Of a stretch of DNA of 64,000 bases, positions 53,359 to 64,000 are shown in pieces. A model generated the notes under the pieces. It was given only the letters and a program-made list of their open reading frames with translations, did no database searches and was not told the origin of the DNA. The first letter of the stretch is position 1; each line of letters starts with the position of its first letter. Made by a program: the position numbers and the translations under genes. The stretch spans positions 31,966,472 through 32,030,471 of the forward strand of contig NC_068997.1 of the NCBI RefSeq assembly GCF_001194135.2, written 5' to 3'. The stretch is from Octopus bimaculoides (Eukaryota).

Positions 53359-53411
<53 letters not shown>

Positions 53412-53640
53412 NNNNNNNNNNNNNNNNNNNNNNNNNNNNNNNNNNNNNNNNNNNNNNNNNNNNNNNNNNNNNNNNNNNNNNNNNNNNNNNNNNNNNNNNN
53501 NNNNNNNNNNNNNNNNNNNNNNNNNNNNNNNNNNNNNNNNNNNNNNNNNNNNNNNNNNNNNNNNNNNNNNNNNNNNNNNNNNNNNNNNNNNNNNNNNNNN
53601 NNNNNNNNNNNNNNNNNNNNNNNNNNNNNNNNNTACAGGC

Positions 53641-54034
53641 ACAGGAGTGGCTGTGTGGTAAGAAGCTTGCTTTCCAACCACATGGTTCCAGGTTCAGTCC
53701 CATTCCATGGCACCTTGGGCAAGTGTCTTCCACTTATAGCCTTGGGCCAACCAAAGCCTTGTGAGTGGATTTGGTAGGCGGAAACTGAAAGAAGCACATC
53801 ATGTGTGTGTGTGTGTGTGTGTGTGTATTTGTTGTTTGTGTCTGTGTTCGTCTCTCCACTATCACTTGACAACCGACATTAGTGTGTTTTACATCCCTGT
53901 CACTTAGCAGTTCGGCAAAAAGAGACCAATAGCATAAGTACTAGGCTTACAAAGAATAAGTCTTGTGGTTGATTTGTTTGACTAAAGGTGGTGCCCCAGC
54001 ATGGCCACAGTCAAATGACTGAAATAAGTAAAAG
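53641..54034 (+). mobile_element. tRNA-derived SINE family A, near full length
   Basis: A-box-like TGGCTGTGTGG, B-box-like GGTTCAGTCCC, internal (TG)n, tail ...GCATGGCCACAGTCAAATGACTGAAATAAGTAAAAG. At least ten copies occur in the window. Confidence 0.85.
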
Positions 54035-55288
54035 AATATATAAATGTAAAGAGAGAGAGAGAATGATATGAATAGGCACAGGCATGACTGTATGGTTAAG
54101 ACGTTCACTTTACAACCACGTGGCTTCAGGTTCAATCCCAGTATGCAGCAGATCTACTATACCCCCAATCCACCTAATGAACTGTGAGTCATTGCTGACT
54201 AATATTCTTTTAATTTTGTACTAGTTTCTATCACTGCAGTCATGCTGGAGCAACATTTTATAAAGGGTTTGATTCATCAAATCAATACCAGCCCTTAATG
54301 ACTCATACTAATTCTATCGGTCTCATATTGCTGACAGCTATGTCACAGAGGCATAAACAAACCAACACCACATACACATATGTATTATGCATGTGCATGT
54401 GTGTGTATGATGCAAACAGTGGAAAGAGGCCATTAAAATGATTTTATTTATATATATATATATAGGTTATGAGCGACTAATTAAACCCAGAGGTTTCAAG
54501 TAATGCCGAGTAAGTGCTATGGATAGACCACGGTTAAGCTCCAGGTTCGGTGGTTATGCGGATAAGGGGCCCAACGTAGGTCATTTATCTCATTACGAAA
54601 AGTACATATATANNNNNNNNNNNNNNNNNNNNNNNNNNNNNNNNNNNNNNNNNNNNNNNNNNNNNNNNNNNNNNNNNNNNNNNNNNNNNNNNNNNNNNNN
54701 NNNNNNNNNNNNNNNNNNNNNNNNNNNNNNNNNNNNNNNNNNNNNNNNNNNNNNNNNNNNNNNNNNNNNNNNNNNNNNNNNNNNNNNNNNNNNNNNNNNN
54801 NNNNNNNNNNNNNNNNNNNNNNNNNNNNNNNNNNNNNNNNNNNNNNNNNNNNNNNNNNNNNNNNNNNTATATATATAAATTAGAAATGAAAACTAAAATA
54901 ATAAATTGAACAATTGAATAATTTAATCATTCAATTTTATTATTTTATACAAACAAATGACACATCTAGATAAGTACAGCTGTTTCTACATCATTAAAAA
55001 TAACAGGTTTTTCAAGATTAATAAAATACCATTTTAAATACCAACTGTTACTCAGTTTCAGTTGATTGTTCATCAGTTACATAAATACACACACACACAT
55101 ATATATATTAGACACACACTGTTTCTAGGTATTTCCTATGTTACCAAACTCAATGATAAGGCATTGGGACTGAATCAGAATCCAAATGGTTGAGAAGCAA
55201 ACATCTTAACATAGCTTTGTCTAGTCTTATACACACAGCCATATAAATGCTTGTGGTTAAGGAGTTTACTCCACATGCATGCAGCTTC

Positions 55289-55334
55289 TGCTTCAGTCCC
55301 CAAATGCTTCAGTCCCCAAATGCTTCAGTCCCAA
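55289..55334. repeat. 16-bp tandem repeat x3 inside a SINE head remnant
   Basis: TGCTTCAGTCCCCAAA repeated three times. Confidence 0.9.
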
Positions 55335-56723
55335 GGGAGACATACTTTAAATACCAGACCTGAACAAAATACAGGGGTCAAGCTGATCAACTAAACCCCT
55401 CACAGAGTTGCTCAAGGATGGCTTCAATCCAATGATTGAAATATGTAAAATTATGAGAATATATATGAATGATCTAACGAGTTGCATTTGCCAAAGTGCA
55501 GAGTTCTCAATATTTTACAATCATAAAGCTTTGGCAATCTGTTGTTAGAGTTAATACTCCAATAGTTCAAATATCTGTCATCTTAGTGCTTGTACAGCCT
55601 CAAGTGATGTGTTTTGAGTAAAAAACATGTCATCTTTATTTCTGCTTGGTGTATTCTGGGCTTTCTGAGAAAAAGTTTTGCTTTTCTCTTTGCTTTTAAC
55701 TCTCTTAAATTTATGGTCAAAGGGAAATAACTGATAAACTAAAGGCATCATGTCCCTTAATAATTGATTCCAACTGAAATAATCAGAAGATAACACCTGC
55801 ACATGGTTCAGTTACAAAAGAAATTTCTATTTTAATAAAAAGCAAAGAAAAATATTAAAGAAAGGTAGGGAAGGAAGGAGAGAAAGAGAAAACATAAAAG
55901 GAAAATGTGAAGCAATTTTCAGAATTCAGTATCCATGCATTCACTACTGACACCTGTTTCATTCAGAATGTATTCAAGTTACATAATAAGAACTTATCAA
56001 GGTGCATATAGTTGTCAAATATCTCATACTTGTCATCTATATATCTTTGGCTGGTGTGAAGTTTTTTAACTTTAGTTTTTTTTTCCCTTCCCCAGTGCAA
56101 AAGCAGCATCTTTTCCTGTCATCTACATAAGGCCTGGATCTTTGCAACTTTTTTCTTTCAAAACCAGGTGTTGCAAGTTACATTTCAGTTATAATTGTCT
56201 CTGACAAAAAAAGGTTTGATTGTAAATTCACTTCTATGTCCCTTTTGTTATAACACAATAATAGCACATCAGGATGTTGCCAAGGTTGGATCAGTTGATT
56301 TAAGCTCTGCTTCATAAACGATGACTTATGTATTGCAGGATTTATTCAACTAACATCTTACACAAGAAACCTGTGTTAGTTGATGTGACATAATTATGGC
56401 AAATAATTTGCTTCATATTAGTGCTGCAGTTAAAACTGTCCATAAGGTTTTGTTTTGTTGAGCAATTTTCTATTTGCATGGTTGGTGGAGAAGTGTTCAC
56501 CTATTAAATTTAGGAAGATTTTTTTTCCCTTTTACTTAAGGTTTACTGAGAAATGGGGTGCAATATTTAACTTCCACTTTAAATATATACATGTCCTTTC
56601 TTTTTGCTTAAACACCTACCTCTGTATATGTGTGCATGCCTTTCCCACAGCTTTTTCCTCTTCTATACTTTCTTCTTTCTCTCCATAAGTAGTTCGATAA
56701 AATCTATAAGGCACGCACGTGCA

Positions 56724-56884
56724 CAGAGTGGGCAAAAAGTCATGCACCAAAACATTTGACATTTTATTTATATTATGCTGTTATAATTATTATTAATTTT
56801 GTTCAATTTTAGAAAACTTGAAGCATGTCTGACAATTCTGGAAGGTATCGAATAATCTTGGAGCGTGACTTTTGATCCACCCTG
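56724..56884. mobile_element. Tc1/mariner-type MITE
   Basis: About 22-bp imperfect TIRs: CAGAGTGGGCAAAAAGTCATGC versus the reverse complement of GCGTGACTTTTGATCCACCCTG. Confidence 0.65.
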
Positions 56885-57031
56885 TGTGCGCGTGCGCGCA
56901 CATTGTTATGCATCATATTATGCATACATGTATGTAAATTATATTCAAATATGTGAACAGGTATATGCCTAATTCTTTCTATAAAATTTATGTATTGTGT
57001 GACTAAACTGAATTTTGTTTGGAGAACTGAA

Positions 57032-57083
<52 letters not shown>

Positions 57084-58461
57084 CGTGAGTGTGTGTGAGA
57101 TTTGTATATAAAATGTATTTCTCTAAAGTCCTGAGGACTATTTAAGTATCAATTCTTATCTGCGGTTTCATGGTTTTAAGTAGAAGATGAGAGATAAATT
57201 TCCTGCGTAAGGACAGTTGACCTATCTAAGATATTTTACTAACCGTAAGAGGCTCATGAGTGCTGATTTAACACATAAGAAAATCTCAACGTAGTTTGAA
57301 CCCCAAATGTATCGATTTGAATATTTCGCTTAATTATAAAACCACTGTAAGAAAAAGATAGTTGTTTAGGTATGGAATAACCCAACTTTTCTTAAACACC
57401 ATATTGAGATTTATATGCGCGCGCATCATGATCATCATGTAATATATAGATATATACGAACTGTAATGCTATCTGGGTGTCACTGTGTTTCAGAGCTTTC
57501 AACAATCACTTACCTTTCACCCAGGCCGTCGAGCCAGGTTTACGTAGTGCATCCAGGTTACGTTTAATAAATAACGTAACCAAAAGATATGGAGGAAAAA
57601 AATTGTTAGGGGCAATAGATATTAGTTTGCCTTAGTAACATACCAGGCATTAACTAAATAATATAATACACTTTGCCCAGTCAACCGTATCGTACTGACT
57701 CTATAAACTCATTGAGAACACAAAAGAAAAAGTATAAAACTTTTTAATTTGAACACAAATAAAACTATGACGGAGAGAAAGGAAAATAACTAGAAGAAAG
57801 GTGAAAAGAGGATAAAACGGTTGATGATTGAAAGGGAAAGAGATAGAAAGTAGCCATGATCGCACAGGTTAGCAGGAAAGAAATGACATAAGAAATGAGA
57901 AAGTGATTCAATAAAGATGATATATATATAGAGAGAGAGAGAATAAGAGACAGCAAGAGGAGGAAGAGAGAGAGAGAGAGAGAATAAGAGACAGCAAGAG
58001 GAGGAAGAGAGAGAATAGCAGAAGAATATAATCTAAGAAAGAAGACGTTATCAGAAACAGATAGCGAAATAGAAAAAAAAATGAAATAGAGGTAGTGAGT
58101 GTACGGTTTTATTGACGTTTCAATTTGATGTAACTGCTGTCTGGTCTGCTTAAACTCGACCAGCCTAATGCATTCAGTACAATACGTAATGGCGATGTCG
58201 GTGTGTCGGTGAAGAGAGTGAGGATGAGAGAGGTAGTCAGACAAGAGGGAGAAAATAGAGAAAGAACGAAGACATAGTGCTGCCATGAGATATCAAGGTC
58301 GTCGCACCCACCGTTGCCAATATGGTTGAAATCGCTATGGCCACCATTTTTCTCATATGACGGCTGCCGACATTACCTTACATGTAGGTTTTACATAAAG
58401 CTTACATTTTAGATAACTTTATATAAATACTTTAACTATTAGTGTGTGTGTGTGTGTGCTA

Positions 58462-58640
58462 TATTGGTTTCAAATTTTGGCAAACAGCCAGCAATTGCGG
58501 AGGAGGAATATACATCGACTCCAGTGCTTAACTCGTACTTATTTTATCGACACCGGCAACATTTGAACTCAAAACGCAAAGTCGGAAGAAACACCGCAAC
58601 ATTTTGCCCAGTGTGTTAACGATTTTCCAGCTCGCCGCTT
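58462..58640 (-). mobile_element. SINE family B variant with CpGs retained
   Basis: Reverse complement of the B head and core with an internal deletion. Confidence 0.65.
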
Positions 58641-59364
58641 TGTGTATGTATGTGTGTGTGTTAACCACATAAACGTGTATGCTTATTTATACAGGAATTT
58701 TTCCTGATGAATGGCAGTTTCGTTCGATTCTCAATTATAAAGACCAAGATTCAATCACGCTGCTCGGCTTCTTCGGCATAGTTTACTAAAGGAATTAATG
58801 TATACTTATAAATGCAAAAAATGTAGGCGATAACTGGGCCGTCGGATGCATAGTAAATGGAAGTGAACATCAAACAAATACATTATGGTTACAAGGATTT
58901 GAGGAATACAAGCTACTTAACCACTACTTCAATGAGTTGATTGAACAAATGAAAAAAATACGGTTGGAATTTCTCATCGATATGTGTGCATGGATGTTAC
59001 ACATGCCTACATGTCCAGTATAATGGAAATGTTGCCCTCTTACAATCTTGGTCGTAATCTGGAGTTCTGTAATGTGAAACTCGTGTTACATGGAAGCCGA
59101 AGAGAAAATGCGTTTCGTGCTACTGAACCATGTTATGGCAACATCATTAACTGAACGCTTTTATATTACTTAGGAAAAAGGGACAATACATGTGACCTAC
59201 ACATTCCTTCTGCAGGCAATGAGACTGATGCCGTCATTGTTCTTGCACACACATATAATACCGTATCCAATGCCAAGTTCACACCAATAAGGAAGAAAAC
59301 CTATATCAAGACCTCAAAACTACGTATCCTTCGCGAGATAGACGATGAGGGCAGAGAGAAGGGA

Positions 59365-59491
<127 letters not shown>

Positions 59492-60524
59492 TAGCGCTTA
59501 TATAATTGGGAAGAAAAACGACAAACAATAACAATCCTCATAATCTGCCAAGTATTATCGTTTTGTTTTTTGTTTTTTTCATAAAGCTTATGAAGGCCTA
59601 GTATGTCGTATTTAACTGGTGCAAACTTCATTGCGGCATAGCAAAAAGCAGTAGAGGAAGTGAGAGGAGTGGGGTGAGAAGTGATGAGAGACGCGAGAAT
59701 GAGTTAAAAGATAGCAAATAGTGAGACAGGCAAAGGAAGAACAGGAATAAAACATAGACGCAGAGACTTACTTTATTAACGAGAGAAAAGTTTAAAAAAA
59801 AAAAAAGAAGCACCAAGAGAGAAAAGGAGGCTCAAGTATAAAAGCAAGAGAGAAAAGAAGTTAAGTAAAGATTTTTAAACCAGGAAAAAGATATAAGGGA
59901 AAAAAATCAGTAGATGAGGGAGGAGAGGCGGTGGTAATAAAGAAAGAGTAAAGTGTTTGAGAAGGACAAATTTTGCGTTGAGGAATAAAATTTAGAGGTA
60001 AAAAAAGAAAAACTTACACATTTATTACAAACTCATAAACGTACATACACAAAGTGATAGGTGTATCTGTGTATGTATGGAATTAGATAATTCTAATACA
60101 AAGGTCTACTTTTAAGCTATCCCCTCATTAGTTATCATACAAATTATTCTTTAAATATTCATTTTTTTTTTTAAGCATATTTCGTTAAAGAGGCGAAATA
60201 ATACCGGCACCTATCCGTAACTGCCTCTTTCCCGGTTAACGAAGGTAAGAATTTCCTCCTAAACACAAAATATTAATGTCATAGAAAATCAAATCTGAAT
60301 ATCTTGAAATTATCTGCTCTTGACCTTGAGAGTCGATATATAATAATTAACGCTAGTATTAAGTCTTTTCTCTAGATAAGAAGCAAACATTTTTGCGTAC
60401 GTCACTCATTATATGACTGGCAACCTGAATAATATGTATGCACATGCATACTAATTTCAGACCATTAAAGTACATCTAATAATTTGCATACCTGCTAAAA
60501 AAGATTATATCCATGTACGTGTAG

Positions 60525-60561
<37 letters not shown>

Positions 60562-60796
60562 TGTATGTAAATGTCGAACGATGAGAACTGGTGCTCAGCA
60601 CCGCATTGGTGGATAAAATTTCTTTGTGCCTTAAGGCTACCATTAGTTTCATGTTAAGAAAAAATCTTAATGTCTTAATTTTCAAGCCGATCACGAAATG
60701 GAGACGAACACCATTCCTCGATGTGACTGGCTAGAAAAATTAAGATATTTTCTTAACATGAAACCAGTGGTATCCTAAGTACACATACATACATAC

Positions 60797-60831
<35 letters not shown>

Positions 60832-61961
60832 TATATAAATACACACACATTTTGTATGAGATAAAGGCTAAGATAATTTAATAATCAAGAATGTATGCTG
60901 TATATTTGTATGCCTGAGTTGCTCATGTGCATGACACTAATAACTCTTCAGTTATTTCTCTTCGCACATTTTTGTTTAATGTATGTAAATTATCAACGCC
61001 ATACATGTATTACACCCTTTTTGGATATGTCTATTTTTCTTCGCTGCTGGAGGTAGGTTACAATAATAATCGTACGGATGACGCCTATTGAGGCAAAAAC
61101 ATGTGTCCACAACTGTCCTATTCCTTAATGGCAGGTCAACTTCGGAGAATTCATGAGATTATCACTATCTCCCATATGGAGCTGTTCTCAGTTGCCATTT
61201 GCTAATTGTGACATCCTCTAGAAGAGGGGATAATTTTAAGAAATCAAGAATTTATGCAGTATGGAATTTGATATATACGCATGCATTAGTCTACGCTTAT
61301 AAATAAATACATATAACATATCATGTGCAAACACACACACACACACACACACACAAATACCTACTAATGTTGACACACCATCTTAAATGTAGCGTTCTGA
61401 CAATGATATAGGAGTTTTAGTAACTGTAAGGCGATATATGATGAAATACATGAGACGAGGCGAGTAAATGAGAGATGAAAGTTCGAGAATCAATGATGTA
61501 AAGTTTTCCTGCTTCGCCTGGAGTATGTACAGTTCTTGTTTAGCAAGTAGCAAGGTCGAGTCATCATCCGTCTTTTTGTTTACGAGACATTACATTCTGT
61601 CTCATTTTAGTATACAGGCACAGTGTATCTAGCATTACATTAGCCAATGTGTGTGGGTTTGGGGGGGGGGGGTTATTAATATGAGTTTGAGTTTAACTTG
61701 AGAAAAATAGCTGATATTGCTTGTAAGTTTGAAATATTTGCCCATAGCAAACTTTTTTTCTTTTCGATGGTTGTTGCTTAGTTCCAACTAAGCGTTGCTC
61801 GAACAGCCCTATGATGGAAGACATTCCAACTATGGCCATCCGATAGTACCGCATTTCGGAATGTGTGACCTCTTTCCTCAAGACAATTATGTGAGATTTG
61901 AGTATGAAGTGGTTGCATTTTCCAGTTTATTGAACGACCATGTAAAAGTTCTCCCGTGTGC

Positions 61962-61998
<37 letters not shown>

Positions 61999-62699
61999 CG
62001 CGCACGCGATTCTTTGTTTCCGAGAAGAAACTCAAATATACGCAATAAGTCATTATTATTATTATTATTATTATTATAAAAACACAAACAAGACCCTTAG
62101 TACCAATACAATGAGACCATAGCCAAGGCGAATGTCTTCCTTGACCGGAAGTTGGTCGGATGTACGAAATTGTTATCGCCTCACATATTAAATTTATCCG
62201 GAAATTATATATAATGGCTTTATACATATTGAAAAGTAACAGGAATTTTACTGCAGTGGATAATTTCAAAGAATTCTTTAGCTTAATGGAAATATTTCAA
62301 CTCTGATGTAGAGAAGGCCGTGTATCGCTCAACTGACTGAAGTTACCAGAATTATAAAAATATAACAAAGAATAGCGCCATACAAATTGCAAATAAATAT
62401 TACTTCAACTTAATGAAAATATAGATAAAGAATGTTCAAATATTTATAAGAAAACCGATACTGTATGTATCTTTCGTTGTCCGATGCCGGTGTGACTGGA
62501 AGGATGGGGGAAAAGATGTCAAAATAAAACAGAGAAATCTTTATACACGTACATACATAATATCTATATGTATATATTACTCAGATAGAAAGCATTTCTT
62601 TCCGTTTTTTACCTTCAACCAACAATTTCTTAAAGCATTAATACATATTATACTTATTTTACTTGGTCTTAACCATTTGAAATGCATTACCAAATTTAA

Positions 62700-63955
62700 T
62701 GTACAGCCAGTTCTCGAATTACCACGTTTTGGATATGCTTCTAAGTAAGAATCTTTCCACGACTCTGTGTCGTAGCCAATTTTCGAAATAGCCCATGCTT
62801 CACTTGGGTATAAGAAAACAGATAGGACAGTGCTGTTAAAGAGAGAGTGACATGCAAGGTCTTACCCGGCTGTGATTGAAGTAGATCGATCATCGAGCCA
62901 AACGCCTCCTACTCTGCTCTTACGCTACGTCAAGAATCCAGCATTTATCCCACGGGCCGCATGATTTTATTTTCATACGATTTTGAACCCTACTACTTTA
63001 CTCAGTGCCCAGTTCTGCAGCTGATTTGAGATTTCTGCAATGAGTACAACGACATTTGCAATGATCGAGATGTGTTAATATTTCACCGCTGATGTTGATG
63101 CCACTTTTCCAATAAATGCCTTTGGTGACCCTATTACGAGATATGAAGTGATGAGCTTTGAAGAGGCAGTATCTCTTTGATAGCATTCACCGTGTGCAAC
63201 ACTTACAGGTGATGAATGCAGGACTATATCGATAATACATCTCGAGTTGCGTCCCTGGGAGGTTTGCTGTATTGGTGGCTCGACTCCTTGAACCTTCAGC
63301 GCTGCATTCATTTCGAAAACGACGTCAACAGACAACTTATACTCTTTCTCTCATTCTAGAAGCTGTGTTAGAGTGAATATATAGTCTATCGTTCTCTTGT
63401 ACTTCAGAGAACCTACTTGTTCTCTCGGTTGTCGGTCGTCGAGATGTTTTGATAGTCTGCTGGTCCTTGTAACCAGCTTGTAAGGCAAGAGCCATCATGG
63501 GATAACAGTTTTTCAAATCTTCCCTATCAACCTTACTATTAAGCAAAAATAGTATTCGTCTCTTTCCACATCGAGGTTATTTTTTCCTCCTTAACATTTC
63601 CGTTGTTATACCATCTTTTCCCGGGGATTTATCGCTCTTCGTCAGCATTAAAGTGTTCTCTGTTTCAGTGACCAGAATGGGTTGCACTTCCTTCAATACT
63701 TGTGACGATGGAGAATCGAACATCGCTGTAGATTTAAAAAGATTGGTGTAAAAGATCTCACGGGCATCTGTTATCTTTCTTTTGTCCGTCCCTGTGGGCC
63801 CATCTATGTTCTTGAGTGTCATTATCTCCGATTTATATAAAGCCGTCATTCTTCTGCATCTCTTTCAGCTTTTCTCTCTCTTCTACTGCGGCTCACAGCA
63901 GCTTCTTCAATCTACATTTCTCGAAGTTTCTCTCCAAATGTTGCCTTGCAGAGAA
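62700..63955 (-). pseudogene. Degraded RTE-clade LINE reverse transcriptase fragment
   Basis: Frameshifted minus-strand peptides KSDKSPGKDGITTEML, DREDLKN, IDYIFTLTQLLE, QRDTASSKL, GINISGEILTHL and LFNSTVLSVFLYPSEAWA follow the RTE ORF2 motif order. Confidence 0.85.
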
Positions 63956-63965
63956 CGGAATATCA

Positions 63966-64000
<35 letters not shown>

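Noticed and set aside
57765-58286. 173-aa Leu/Ser-rich minus-strand ORF
   Set aside because: Mostly translation of (CT)n-rich tracts with no recognisable domain. The unique part is treated as a regulatory candidate instead.

Overview
AT-rich eukaryotic genomic DNA dense in microsatellites and SINEs, with about 4 kb of N gaps. The repeat families and composition look like octopus (inference). The window lies inside a large minus-strand Ski/Sno-family gene, a TGF-beta/Smad co-repressor. Two coding exons are readable: 30619-30912 (98 aa, the SAND-like Smad4-binding domain, in a frame the ORF track missed) and 3947-4146 (downstream Ser/Pro-rich region), separated by 26.5 kb. The N-terminal Dachshund-homology exon(s) and the C-terminal coiled-coil exons were not found, so they probably lie outside the window or in a gap. 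The rest is intron: tRNA-derived SINEs in both orientations, a CR1 and an RTE LINE remnant, hAT, pogo/Tigger, Tc1 and piggyBac-type MITEs, a Helentron-type element, and simple repeats. Most ORF-track entries are microsatellite or gap artefacts. The most unusual signal is the splice acceptor of the Smad4-binding exon. It has an A34 tract where the polypyrimidine tract should be and sits at the end of a 422-nt AG-free zone holding a distant pyrimidine tract. The exon is frame-symmetric, has no stop codon and is flanked by inverted SINEs. This suggests a possibly regulated cassette or circular exon that toggles the Smad4-binding module. No prokaryotic features (CRISPR, operons, rRNA) are present.
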